64,000 nt of DNA, taken from assembly GCA_963674755.2 (NCBI GenBank), contig CAXXVS010000001.1, positions 1,216,001 to 1,280,000 of the forward strand. The letters run 5' to 3'. The DNA comes from Desulfobacterales bacterium (GTDB lineage: Bacteria; Desulfobacterota; Desulfobacteria; Desulfobacterales; UBA5852). The notes beneath the pieces were generated by a model. It was given only the letters and a program-made list of their open reading frames with translations, was not told the DNA's origin and ran no database searches. Each line of letters opens with the position of its first letter. Positions within the stretch are counted from its first letter, which is position 1. The translations under genes and the position numbers were made by a program. This document shows, one piece after another, positions 50,323 through 60,202 of this stretch.

Positions 50323-51411
50323 ATGGGAGATGACAGTGTCGTAAAATACGATGAACGCGGGGTAATGGATGGTGGCACCATGGGGTTGCCACGGGAGATG
50401 AACAGGGACATCTGGCTGAAAGAAGTCTTTCCGGAGTGGGGCACCTATTTAAATCACGAAATCGACCAGTTCCAAGTTCCCGACGGTGTGGGGGCCCTGT
50501 GGTATCTGGGCGCGATGAGTTGTGTGCTGAAAAGTCAATCCGGCGCTGTCTTCACGGTGGACCTGTATTCCGGTCCCAGCATATTTACGGATAAATCCTA
50601 TTGCGGTGTCTGCAAAACAGCCGGTGCGCAGAAACTGTATTGGATGCGAACCCATCCCATGGTCATCGATCCATGGAAATTCAAGCGCCTGGACGCCGTC
50701 TGTGTGACCCACCATCATCAGGACCATATGGACTACTACACGATCAGTGCGGCGCTTCAGACCACCAACTGCAAGTTCATCGCCCCGCCCGAAGCGGCGC
50801 GCCGAATGAAAGAGAACATGGGTGTCCCCGAAGACCGGCTCATCGTGGCCAAGGTCGGGGAGAGTGTGCAGATCGAGGATATGAAGATCGATTTCGCACC
50901 GAATTTCGACGTCATCGCCACCAAGACCGGTTTCGATAAACCGGTTCCTTTCTCGCAAGTCGCCGTGGGCTTTATTTTCAATACCCAGGGGGGCAACTTC
51001 GCCTTTTTGGGGGATTCGCTCTACCATAACGGATACCGCATGGTGGGTGAGAAGTACAAAGTGGATGTGGTCAGCATGGCCATGGGCAACAATGCCCCCG
51101 GCTACACCGATAAAATGTCGCCCTGGGATTTGTGGCGGGTGGCCGAGGCGCTGAATACGAAGGTCATATTGCCCATGCATCATGACAACTGGGCGAATTG
51201 TTTTGAGAACCCGCAGTATCTGGAAGAGATCGTCAAGTGGAAAAACCTTGAAAAGCGCCATCCGCCCATGAGTGTGGTCAGCCTGCTGCCGGGGGCCCGC
51301 TATATCCATCCCACGGATAACGACGGGCGCCGATACATGTACCCGGACAACCGTGAGCTGTGCTGCTGGCAAGACAGCGAGGAATACGGACCGGACAGCG
51401 ATATCGGCTAA
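50323..51411 (+). CDS. ulaG: UlaG-like metallo-beta-lactamase-fold lactonase (L-ascorbate-6-P lactonase family)
   Basis: W...FPEWGTYLNHEI, VIDPW, THHHQDH, GDS, TDKM and PMHHDNW. RBS AAGGAG. Confidence 0.75.
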   Translation: MGDDSVVKYDERGVMDGGTMGLPREMNRDIWLKEVFPEWGTYLNHEIDQFQVPDGVGALWYLGAMSCVLKSQSGAVFTVDLYSGPSIFTDKSYCGVCKTAGAQKLYWMRTHPMVIDPWKFKRLDAVCVTHHHQDHMDYYTISAALQTTNCKFIAPPEAARRMKENMGVPEDRLIVAKVGESVQIEDMKIDFAPNFDVIATKTGFDKPVPFSQVAVGFIFNTQGGNFAFLGDSLYHNGYRMVGEKYKVDVVSMAMGNNAPGYTDKMSPWDLWRVAEALNTKVILPMHHDNWANCFENPQYLEEIVKWKNLEKRHPPMSVVSLLPGARYIHPTDNDGRRYMYPDNRELCCWQDSEEYGPDSDIG

Positions 51412-51457
51412 AGCCGCCGCCAGTTTGCTTTGAAGATTGGCGCAGGGGGTTGTGACG

Positions 51458-52258
51458 GTGCTGAAATTTTCGATTAATACCGGCATGCTATTTACCGAAC
51501 GACCGTTTCTGGATCGGTTTGAAGCGTGTCGTTCGGCCGGTTTTGCGCATGTGGAATTTCCTTTCCCTTACGCCTTTGACCCCCACGTGCTGAATGCAGC
51601 GATTCAAAAATCCGGACTTGAGCTCATCCTCTTCGACCTGCCGGTAGACGATTGGGATGCGGGTGGAAGGGGATGCGCCACGGATCCCCATGCCATAGAA
51701 ACATTTCGTGGTGGCGTGGAGAGAGCCATACATTACGCTTCAATACTGAAGCCCAAATTTCTGACCTGCATCGTCGGGAAGAAAATAAAAGGGGTATCCT
51801 ACGGCGAACAAAAGGCGGTTTTAGTCGACAACCTGCGCCATGCCTGCGGTTTGCTCGCGCCGGTGGGTATCGACTTGTTGGTCGAGGTTTTTAACGATTG
51901 CGATCATCCCGGTTTTTTCCTGACAAGTGTTGACGTCGCTGCCGCTTTGCTGGCGGAAGTCGACCGGCCCAATCTTAAGATACAGTTTGACACCTATCAC
52001 GTGCAATTGATGGAAGGCGATCTAAGCCGGTTAATCACCAGGCATATCAACGCCATCGGTCACATCCAGATCGGCGATGTCCCCGGCCGCCATCAGCCGG
52101 GGACCGGGAAAATCGATTTCGCAGGCCTGTTCAGGGATCTTGAAGGGCTGCGCTATTCAGGCTACATAGGGCTTGAATACATCCCTTTGGGTGAAACCGG
52201 GGATTCCCTGGAATGGATGAAAAAAGCCCGCTTGGGGGTGGCGTATGAAGAAAAATAA
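51458..52258 (+). CDS. hyi: Hydroxypyruvate isomerase family protein
   Basis: LFTERPFLDRF, VEFPFPY, FDTYHVQ, HIQIGDVPGRHQPGTG and GLEY. GTG start assumed. Confidence 0.85.
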   Translation: MLKFSINTGMLFTERPFLDRFEACRSAGFAHVEFPFPYAFDPHVLNAAIQKSGLELILFDLPVDDWDAGGRGCATDPHAIETFRGGVERAIHYASILKPKFLTCIVGKKIKGVSYGEQKAVLVDNLRHACGLLAPVGIDLLVEVFNDCDHPGFFLTSVDVAAALLAEVDRPNLKIQFDTYHVQLMEGDLSRLITRHINAIGHIQIGDVPGRHQPGTGKIDFAGLFRDLEGLRYSGYIGLEYIPLGETGDSLEWMKKARLGVAYEEK

Positions 52259-52303
52259 AGTGATGACGTCCGGATCTGCGTATGACGAGGCGAGGAGAAT
52301 ACA

Positions 52304-53062
52304 TTGAAACGCGTCAGCCTGGTTGATTCCATTGTCGAGGAAATCAAAAGCAAAATTATCAACGGGGAATTCAAAGACGGCGATATGCTGGAATCCCAAG
52401 ACATGATGGCCAAATCGATGAACATCAGCCGGCCCTCACTCCGAGAGGCCCTCAGGCGGTTGCAGCTGATGGGATTGATCGATTTTCAGCATGGTCGCGG
52501 AACGTTCGTTAAAACACTGCAACCCAAAGACTATATGAGTCCCATTTCAGGCTTCCTCCCCATCGATAAAAAATCAGCCTATGAACTGCTCGAAGCGCGG
52601 CTCTTTCTGGAAAGTGCGGCCGCTGCCCTGGCCGCTCAAAAGGCTACCGAAACCGATATTGGGGCCCTGGCGGATGCGCTGGATAAGATGCAAAGGGCCG
52701 CGGATGATATGAATGTTCAAGAATTTGTAAAGCTTGATGTCAAATTTCACCTCCTGATCGCCCAGGGGTGTCGAAACCGTATCATTCACCAGATTATCGA
52801 CATCCTCCGTGGTCTTCTCCATAAATTGGTGTCCCGTGTGTTTGACAGGAACCGTGACCAATTGAAAACAACCTTTTCCCAGACAATGGCGTATCACCGG
52901 CAAATTTTTGAAGCCGTCCGATCGCGAAACGCAACCGAAGCAAGGCGCATCATGGAAGCACACATCCAAGATGTTCAGAAAAAGCTGGAAAAAAACGGCG
53001 ATTTCCTTCTTACGTCCTGTGACAAGGGCACCGTGCAAACCGATTCGGAAGATAAGAGATAG
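52304..53062 (+). CDS. GntR/FadR family transcriptional regulator
   Basis: ISRPSLREAL...GRGTFV, plus an FCD domain (EARLFLE, DVKFH, H.QIFEA, MEAHI). Confidence 0.92.
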   Translation: MKRVSLVDSIVEEIKSKIINGEFKDGDMLESQDMMAKSMNISRPSLREALRRLQLMGLIDFQHGRGTFVKTLQPKDYMSPISGFLPIDKKSAYELLEARLFLESAAAALAAQKATETDIGALADALDKMQRAADDMNVQEFVKLDVKFHLLIAQGCRNRIIHQIIDILRGLLHKLVSRVFDRNRDQLKTTFSQTMAYHRQIFEAVRSRNATEARRIMEAHIQDVQKKLEKNGDFLLTSCDKGTVQTDSEDKR

Positions 53063-53063
53063 C

Positions 53064-54236
53064 ATGCAACCATTACAAAGGATATTGCTGAAAGCAGGCC
53101 ACTTATTGTGCGGCAAGGATTTCCAGGTAAAAAAAGATATGGCCGTTATGATCGAAGACGGCATTATCAAAGAAATAAGGCCTTACGAACATGCACCGCA
53201 GGATCAGGGATTGCAGCTCGTCGATGGCTCGGCCTTGTTTCTGCTCCCCGGTCTCATCGATGCCCACAATCATCTGTCGCTTGATGCCAGCCTGCCCGCC
53301 TATCTGGAAAAAATGACCGATCCGCTTCCGGCCCTGGTGCTGAGGGCTGCCAAAAACATCGAGAAAGACGTGTTGGCCGGCGTTACAACAATGCGCTGCC
53401 TTGGGGACAAGGAATATCTGGACGTCCACAGCCGGAATTTTATCAATTCCGGCTTTTACAAGGGGCCCCGGCTTGTCCTGTCCGGCAAGGGCATCCGATC
53501 AAGTGCGGGGCATGGGTTTGTCGGCTACCCCTTCGACGGCCCGGAGGCCATCAGGCTCGCGGTACGTGACAATATCCGGCAGGGCGCGGACATCGTCAAA
53601 TTTTTCGTCACCGGCACCTTGCCTTCCAAGGGCGGCATGACTTGCTTCTTCTCCCGTGAAGAAATCGAGATGATTGTCTCCGAAGCCAACCGAATGGGAC
53701 GCCCCACGGCCGTCCACTGCGTCGGGGGCGTCGGGTTTGACTGGTGTCTGGATGCCGGAGTCGATGTGATCGAGCATGGCTATTTTTTAACCGAGAAGCA
53801 GATCGACAGACTTTCCGGTTCCCGCGTAAGACTGGTGATGACCCCCGGTTTTTATATGGCTGACCAACGCATTCAGGCCATGCCCGGCCCTTTGGTGGAA
53901 CCCCACCGCGAAGCAGCCGGAATGGCCCGGTCCACCATGGAAGCCATCATTCGCTCAGGCATCCCATATGCGCTGGGCACCGACGGCGTTCATGGAAGCG
54001 GGGCTATGGCTGCCGAGATGGCATGCCTGGCGGCATTGGGCGCCTCACCGCGGGCAGCATTGTCGGCGGCCACAACTTGCGGTGCGGAAGTCTGCGGTCT
54101 GGAAGGTGTCACCGGCAGCATTGAAATCGGCATGTCCGCCGATCTCATCGGTGTAGCGGCCAACCCCCTCGAGAATAGGGATACCTTGACGGATATCCGA
54201 TGTGTCATCGCCCGGGGTGAGGTGGTGAAACCATAA
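53064..54236 (+). CDS. Metal-dependent amidohydrolase
   Basis: LPGLIDAHNH, GADIVK, AVH, IEHG, LGTD and GSIEIGMSADL. Confidence 0.88.
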   Translation: MQPLQRILLKAGHLLCGKDFQVKKDMAVMIEDGIIKEIRPYEHAPQDQGLQLVDGSALFLLPGLIDAHNHLSLDASLPAYLEKMTDPLPALVLRAAKNIEKDVLAGVTTMRCLGDKEYLDVHSRNFINSGFYKGPRLVLSGKGIRSSAGHGFVGYPFDGPEAIRLAVRDNIRQGADIVKFFVTGTLPSKGGMTCFFSREEIEMIVSEANRMGRPTAVHCVGGVGFDWCLDAGVDVIEHGYFLTEKQIDRLSGSRVRLVMTPGFYMADQRIQAMPGPLVEPHREAAGMARSTMEAIIRSGIPYALGTDGVHGSGAMAAEMACLAALGASPRAALSAATTCGAEVCGLEGVTGSIEIGMSADLIGVAANPLENRDTLTDIRCVIARGEVVKP

Positions 54237-54257
54237 TGGGGGTGTTTTTTTTTGATC

Positions 54258-54271
54258 TAGTCATATGATGA
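54258..54271. promoter_or_regulatory. Second copy of the putative GntR operator
   Basis: TAGTCATATGATGA is the exact reverse complement of 49331-49344 and lies upstream of the molybdoenzyme genes. Confidence 0.6.
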
Positions 54272-54314
54272 TTAAACCATTAGATGAGTGACTGAAACGA
54301 GAGGAGCCAACTCT

Positions 54315-55184
54315 ATGGAACAAAATGATTTTACAGCCCCTAATGACATAGTTACCGTCTTTAACCACATGGAGCAAATGGGTGAATCGGCCCGGCTTCT
54401 GGCTGGTGGAACCGATCTCATGGTTTCCGTGAATTTAAGACGGAAATCGGTCGAGAAACTCATTTATCTCGGGAATTGCGGCCTGGATCGTATCGAACAA
54501 ACCGATGGCAACCTCGTCATCGGTGCGGCCGCCACCCTTACATCCATCGTCAAATCCGAATTCGTTAACCAGAAGGCGCCCGTGCTGGTTGACGCGTGCA
54601 AATCCATCGGATCGCCGGCCATCAGGAATATGGCCACGCTGGGCGGCAACATCTGCAATGCTTCGCCGGCGGCTGATGGTGCCCTCGCCCTGCTGGCGCT
54701 GGATGCCGGGGTTACCATCGTTTCGGCCGCCGGAGAACGAAACGTCCCCATCAACACCTTCTTCACCGGCCCCGGGCAAACCGTTCTGAAGCCCAATGAA
54801 ATGGTCAAGGAATTCACGATTCCCTTGGGAACACAAAACAGCCGCTGCGGCTGGTCCAAAATCGGTCAGCGCAAGGCCGAAATGATCAGCATCGCGGCGG
54901 TCGCCGTGAGCCTGCAAATCCAGCAGGGCCAGTGCCACAAGGTCAGGATTGCGCTTGGTGCCGTCGCCCCCACACCGCTTCTGGCGGTCAAGGCGGCGGG
55001 CGTTTTGGAAGGCCAGCCCCTCAATGAAGAATCGATCGAGGCGGCCGCAAAAACCGCTGCGGAAGAAACCAGCCCGATCGACGACCCCAGAGCTTCGGCC
55101 TGGTACCGCAAACGCGTTGTCAAAGCCATGGTGGCACAGGTTCTTGGGAAAATACAAAAGGAGGAAACCGATGGCCGTGCTTAA
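54315..55184 (+). CDS. Xanthine-dehydrogenase-family FAD subunit (NdhF/CoxM-like)
   Basis: LAGGTDL, IRNMATLGGN, NASPAAD and PIDDPRASAWYR. Confidence 0.92.
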   Translation: MEQNDFTAPNDIVTVFNHMEQMGESARLLAGGTDLMVSVNLRRKSVEKLIYLGNCGLDRIEQTDGNLVIGAAATLTSIVKSEFVNQKAPVLVDACKSIGSPAIRNMATLGGNICNASPAADGALALLALDAGVTIVSAAGERNVPINTFFTGPGQTVLKPNEMVKEFTIPLGTQNSRCGWSKIGQRKAEMISIAAVAVSLQIQQGQCHKVRIALGAVAPTPLLAVKAAGVLEGQPLNEESIEAAAKTAAEETSPIDDPRASAWYRKRVVKAMVAQVLGKIQKEETDGRA

Positions 55185-55635
55185 TTTGAACGTCAATGGA
55201 ACCCATCACCAGGTGGTCGTTGAGGCGACAACGACGCTGCTGGAAGTGCTGCGGGATAAACTTTTGATCACCAGCCCCAAAATGGGATGCAACACCGGTG
55301 ATTGCGGCACCTGCTCGGTCCTTTTAAACGGTGAATTGATCCGTTCCTGCATCACGCCGGCCATGGTCGCTGATGGAAAAACCGTCACCACCGTCGAAGG
55401 TATAGCGCCCCCCGGCGAACTGGATCCTCTTCAAGAAGCCTTCCACGAACATCATGGCGCCCAATGCGGGTTTTGCACCCCGGGGATGATCATGGCGGCA
55501 AAGGCGCTGTTGACCGAAAACCCGGAACCCACCGAGCAGGAAATTAGGGAAGGGCTGTCGGGGAACCTTTGCCGGTGTACGGGCTATAAGAAAATTGTCG
55601 AATCAGTCCAGGCGGCCGCGGCTAAAAAAAACTGA
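55171..55635 (+). CDS. Xanthine-dehydrogenase-family 2x[2Fe-2S] subunit (NdhS/CoxS-like)
   Basis: GCNTGDCGTC, QCGFCTPG and NLCRCTGY. ATG at 55171 after AGGAGG. Confidence 0.93.
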   Translation: MAVLNLNVNGTHHQVVVEATTTLLEVLRDKLLITSPKMGCNTGDCGTCSVLLNGELIRSCITPAMVADGKTVTTVEGIAPPGELDPLQEAFHEHHGAQCGFCTPGMIMAAKALLTENPEPTEQEIREGLSGNLCRCTGYKKIVESVQAAAAKKN

Positions 55636-55667
55636 TGATGGCAAGAAAATGAAAGAGAGGTATATCC

Positions 55668-57047
55668 ATGGCTTTTCGAACGGTTGGCAAGCGTAAACCT
55701 AAATATGAAGGCCTGGCTCACGTTACCGGCGAGACGCATTTTGTTGATGATATGTTCGTACCCCGGACTTTGACGGTCAAAGCCTTCCGAAGCCCGGTGC
55801 ACAAGGGCCGCATTCTCAAACTCGACACATCCAAAGCCGAGCAGATGGATGGCGTGGCCGGGGTGATCACCTATAAGGATGTTCCCGCCAATGCCTATGG
55901 CTTCGGGGCTGATCAGCCGGTTCTGGTTCAAACGGATATCCGCTATAAAGGCGAGCCCATCGCCGCCGTAGCCGCGGAAGACGAGGCAACGGCCTATAAG
56001 GCTTTGGATGCGATCATCATTGATATCGAAGAGCAGGAACCGGTCTTCGATCTTTTAAAGGCAATGGCGCCGGATGCGCCCAAAGTAATCCCTGAAGGCA
56101 ATGCCATGATGTTCGATGGCCAGCCTTACAACCTGGCCGAAATGGGCGATATCGAGGCCGGATTCAAAGAAGCCGACCATATTATCGAAGAAACGTATTT
56201 CTTCCCCGAACAGGAGCATACGGCCCTGGAGCCCCAGGTGAGCCTTGCCGTGCCTGAGACTGCCGGTCGCATTACGGTTTATTCCGTCTGCCAGGACCGC
56301 AGTATGCTTCTCGGCATGTTGGCCGGTATTCTGCAACTCGGAAGCGCGGATGCCCTGAAATGCGAGTGCGCCTCCGAGTGGGCCGGCCGGACCCGCAGCG
56401 CCTGGCGCCAGCATGCCGGCTTGAACCGTCTGAAAATGCAAGCCGGTCCGGTGGGAGGTGGCTTCGGCGGCAAAAATGAGTTCCATGCCGACCCCATCAC
56501 GGCCATCCTGGCTTTGAAAACCGGCCGCCCCTGCAAGTGGCGCTGGACCCGGGAAGAAGAAATTCTATACTCCACCCACCGCGAAGCCGTGCACATCACC
56601 TATAGGGACGGTGTAACAAACGACGGCCGCCTGGTGGCACGCCATATCAAGACCATCCGTGACAGCGGCGCCTATGTCGGTTTTAACGGGTATGCCACCG
56701 GCAAGACCAACTATTTTGCCAATGGTCCCTATTATGTGCCGAATCTGCGCGTCGAGAGTGCGGCTGTATTTACCAACAAAGCGGTTTCCAGCACCATGCG
56801 CGGGTTTGCCGTGGCCCCGGTAACTTATGCGGTGGAGGTCCAGATGAACAAGGTTGCCAAGACCATCGGCATGGATCCCCTGGAATTCCGTTTTAAAAAT
56901 GCCATGCGCAGGGGCGACAAGCTCGTCAATCAGCAGGTGATGAAGGACACATCGATTATCGAAGTGATGCAGACCTTGGCAGAAAAAGCAGGTGTCCAGT
57001 TGCCGGATCACCTTTGCCAGATGACATCCAATGATCGGAGGGCATAA
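55668..57047 (+). CDS. Molybdopterin subunit, N-terminal half (NdhL-like)
   Basis: RSPVHKGRI, H..LEP, GGGFGGK, GAY, GPY and MRGF. Confidence 0.88.
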   Translation: MAFRTVGKRKPKYEGLAHVTGETHFVDDMFVPRTLTVKAFRSPVHKGRILKLDTSKAEQMDGVAGVITYKDVPANAYGFGADQPVLVQTDIRYKGEPIAAVAAEDEATAYKALDAIIIDIEEQEPVFDLLKAMAPDAPKVIPEGNAMMFDGQPYNLAEMGDIEAGFKEADHIIEETYFFPEQEHTALEPQVSLAVPETAGRITVYSVCQDRSMLLGMLAGILQLGSADALKCECASEWAGRTRSAWRQHAGLNRLKMQAGPVGGGFGGKNEFHADPITAILALKTGRPCKWRWTREEEILYSTHREAVHITYRDGVTNDGRLVARHIKTIRDSGAYVGFNGYATGKTNYFANGPYYVPNLRVESAAVFTNKAVSSTMRGFAVAPVTYAVEVQMNKVAKTIGMDPLEFRFKNAMRRGDKLVNQQVMKDTSIIEVMQTLAEKAGVQLPDHLCQMTSNDRRA

Positions 57048-57049
57048 GC

Positions 57050-58027
57050 ATGAAAAAGAAAGGTAAAGGCTTTGCAGCGGCGTTTTATCCCATTGGATTA
57101 TCCGGCGGCGGAGACCCCAGCCAGGCGATGATACAAATGCAGGCGGATGGGACCGCCATCCTAACCCTTGGGTCCGTTGAAATCGGCCAGGGGTCCAATA
57201 CGATCCTGGCCCAGATCGCCGCCGAAGAGTTGGGCTTGAATTACGAACAGATCAATGTGGTCAGCGCGGACAAGTCCAATACCCTGTTTTGCATGGGCAC
57301 ATTTGCCAGCCGCGTGACGTATATCGCCGGCAATGCCGTGATTGAGGCGGCCGAGGAAGTCAAACAGATTCTATTTCGTTTAGCGGCCGAAGAATTAGAG
57401 GCATCGCCTGAAGCGCTGGAGGCGGCCGATGGCATGATCCGCGTTAAAGAAGATCCCCAACGGTGCAAGCCGATCGCCGATATTACCGGTGCGTCCGGCG
57501 GGGGAACCTTGATCGTGGGCCGCGGTGCCTACATGAAAGTCGGGGCCGAGGGTGACCCCTTTTGTTGCTATACGGCCTCCTATGCAGGGGCCTACGCCGA
57601 GGTAGAGGTGGATACCGAAACCGGTGTGGTCGATGTAACCAAACTCATCTGCGTCAATGATGTGGGCAAGGCGATCAATCCTGCTTTGGCGGAAGGCCAG
57701 ATCGAAGGCGGAGCGGGAATGGGGCTTGGTTCGGCGCTCATGGAAAACCGGAATCCGGGTTACCCGAATATCGACTATGTCCCGACATCGTTGGCTGAAT
57801 ATATGATTCCCACTACCGTGGATATGCCCGAGCTGGAAATAGAGCAGATTGAGATCGCTTCGGACGGAGGCCCCTACGGCGCCAGGGCCATTGGTGAAAT
57901 GGCCTCCAATTGCCAGGCCCCGGCGATTATCAATGCGATTGACGATGCGGTCGGCGTGTTGATAACCGCGCTGCCGGCCACCCCGGAAAATGTGTTGCGG
58001 GCGCTTGTAGAAAAAAATCCTGAATGA
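57050..58027 (+). CDS. Molybdopterin subunit, C-terminal half (NdhM-like)
   Basis: MKKKGKG start, EIGQGS, ASR, EVEVDTETG, GQIEGG and GPYGARAIGE. Confidence 0.88.
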   Translation: MKKKGKGFAAAFYPIGLSGGGDPSQAMIQMQADGTAILTLGSVEIGQGSNTILAQIAAEELGLNYEQINVVSADKSNTLFCMGTFASRVTYIAGNAVIEAAEEVKQILFRLAAEELEASPEALEAADGMIRVKEDPQRCKPIADITGASGGGTLIVGRGAYMKVGAEGDPFCCYTASYAGAYAEVEVDTETGVVDVTKLICVNDVGKAINPALAEGQIEGGAGMGLGSALMENRNPGYPNIDYVPTSLAEYMIPTTVDMPELEIEQIEIASDGGPYGARAIGEMASNCQAPAIINAIDDAVGVLITALPATPENVLRALVEKNPE

Positions 58028-58125
58028 TGGCGCATTCCGGGAAAGCTTGGCGGTCAGGGGTGGTGCCATTGGCTGCCAGGCTTTCCCAAAATACTTTAGG
58101 CTGAAGGTGCAACAGGGCACGCGCA

Positions 58126-59142
58126 ATGAGGAAAATACCGGTTGAAGAGGCTGTCGGTGCCGTTTTGCCGCATGATATGACCAAAATCGTGCCCGGCGAA
58201 TTCAAGGGCGTCGGATTTAAAAAAGGCCACATTATCCGTGAAGAAGACATAGGTGAGCTGAAAAAAATAGGGAAAAATTTCATCTATGTGTTGGAATTAC
58301 CGGAAGGCCAGCTGCACGAGGACGATGCCGCCCTGCGAATTGCGCAAGCCATATCCGGGGAAAATATCGAATGGACTTCTCCGAAAGAAGGAAAATCGAC
58401 CCTCCTCAGCAAACTAGACGGACTGCTGACAATTGAAACCGACCGTTTGCTGGATATCAACCGCTTGGAACATATTGCCGTCTCAACCATTCGGACGATG
58501 ACGCCGGTCCGGGCGGGCCAGGTCGTAGCGGCAACGCGCGTCATTCCCCTTACCATCGCTGAATCCGGAATCCGGCAGGTCGAGCAGATCGCGCAGCGGT
58601 CTCCGGTTTTGCGGGTCAGACCCTATCGAAAGCTGAAGGTGGGCGCGGTGGTCACCGGCACCGAGGTCTATCAGGGGCTGATCAAGGACGGATTCGACGA
58701 ATTCGTCGGCGCCAAGGTAGAGATGTATGGCTGTGATTTGACGAAGAAGATCATTGTCCCGGACGACGCCGACGCCATTGCGGATGCCATAAGCCAACTG
58801 CTGAAATCCGGTTGCGAGCTGGTTCTCACCACCGGCGGCCTTTCCGTGGATCCGGACGATGTCACGCCCAGCGGCATCAGACAAGCGGGTGCCAACGTTA
58901 TCAACTACGGCAGCCCCGTTTTTCCCGGCGCCATGGTGCTGTACGCCGAACACGGCGATGTTCCGATTTTGGGCCTGCCGGCATGCGTCTATTATGCCAG
59001 GACAACCATCCTCGATATTCTCCTCCCGCGGATCCTTGCCGGTGAGGGGATTGTCCCGGATACATTCGCTCAGATGGGACACGGCGGACTGTGCCGGGAG
59101 TGTGAAACCTGCCATTTCCCCAACTGCGGGTTCGGCAGTTGA
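58126..59142 (+). CDS. Molybdopterin-binding (MoeA/MogA-like) protein with a C-terminal Cys cluster
   Basis: HDMT, LHEDDAA, TGGLSVDPDDVTP and GGLCRECETCHFPNCGFG. Confidence 0.8.
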   Translation: MRKIPVEEAVGAVLPHDMTKIVPGEFKGVGFKKGHIIREEDIGELKKIGKNFIYVLELPEGQLHEDDAALRIAQAISGENIEWTSPKEGKSTLLSKLDGLLTIETDRLLDINRLEHIAVSTIRTMTPVRAGQVVAATRVIPLTIAESGIRQVEQIAQRSPVLRVRPYRKLKVGAVVTGTEVYQGLIKDGFDEFVGAKVEMYGCDLTKKIIVPDDADAIADAISQLLKSGCELVLTTGGLSVDPDDVTPSGIRQAGANVINYGSPVFPGAMVLYAEHGDVPILGLPACVYYARTTILDILLPRILAGEGIVPDTFAQMGHGGLCRECETCHFPNCGFGS

Positions 59143-59157
59143 GCATCAGGAGTTTTG

Positions 59158-60189
59158 ATGATGGACCTTTCGACAACCGACAGGGATGTGAACCAGATTG
59201 TCAAGGCAAGGCAATGGGTTGAAAAAGGCCGTCGGGTGGCGCTGGCCACGGTCATCACCACCTGGGGCTCGTCTCCGCGGCCTGTCGGCAGTCAGCTGGT
59301 GGTAAGCGACAGCGAAGATTTTTCCGGTTCGGTATCCGGCGGATGTATTGAATCCACAATTCTGACCGAAGCCCAATTCGCTATCCGGGACAATCGTCCC
59401 CAACGGCTGTCCATCGGCGTCGACGCGATGCAGGCCTGGGACTACGGACTTGGATGCGGCGGGCGTATCGATGTCTACCTGGATCCGGTCACCTCCTGGC
59501 AGCCCCTTCTGGCCACACTTGCCGATCTGGCGGAGCGGCAGCAAGCTTTTTGCCTGATCACCGACCTGGACGATGGTTCCAAGGCGCTTTACTGCCCTGG
59601 CCGGCCGGATGTTTCGTTCGGACTGGACGACGACCTCCGATCGGCTGCCGCGGACGCCATCGAATCCAGCTATAGTCATCTGGAAAAAAGCGCTGACGGT
59701 GAGTTCTTTTTGCATGTCTTTTCTCCGCCCCCCCAAATGATCGTCGGCGGTGCCGTTCACATCGCTCAACAGCTGGTTGCCATGGCCCAGTTGATGGGCT
59801 ACCAGTGTACCATTGTTGATCCGCGAACCGCTTTCGCCACCGCACAACGCTTCCCGGGAGTCGACCTGATGGTCGAACATCCCCAAACGGCTTTGAAAAA
59901 AATTCAATGGCAGCCCGGCGCCGCTGTGGTGGCGCTCAGCCATTCGCCTCAATTGGACGACCCCTTGCTGATCCATGCGATCCGAGCGGATGCCGGCTAC
60001 ATAGGCGCCTTGGGGAGCAAAAAGACACACGCGGCTAGAATCGCCCGCCTTCAGAAAGCAGGGCTTACGAACGGTCAACTGGACAGGATCCACGGACCGG
60101 TCGGGCTTGATATCGGAAGCCGTACACCGGCTGAAATCGCTCTGTCGATTCTGGCGGAAATCACCCACAGCAAACGAAAGCGTGAATAG
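59158..60189 (+). CDS. xdhC: XdhC/CoxF family Moco insertion chaperone
   Basis: TWGSSPRPVG, GSVSGGCIE, GLGCGG, YIGALGS and GPVGLDIG..TPAEIA. Confidence 0.88.
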   Translation: MMDLSTTDRDVNQIVKARQWVEKGRRVALATVITTWGSSPRPVGSQLVVSDSEDFSGSVSGGCIESTILTEAQFAIRDNRPQRLSIGVDAMQAWDYGLGCGGRIDVYLDPVTSWQPLLATLADLAERQQAFCLITDLDDGSKALYCPGRPDVSFGLDDDLRSAAADAIESSYSHLEKSADGEFFLHVFSPPPQMIVGGAVHIAQQLVAMAQLMGYQCTIVDPRTAFATAQRFPGVDLMVEHPQTALKKIQWQPGAAVVALSHSPQLDDPLLIHAIRADAGYIGALGSKKTHAARIARLQKAGLTNGQLDRIHGPVGLDIGSRTPAEIALSILAEITHSKRKRE

Positions 60190-60202
60190 CGAGGCCTATG
60201 AG

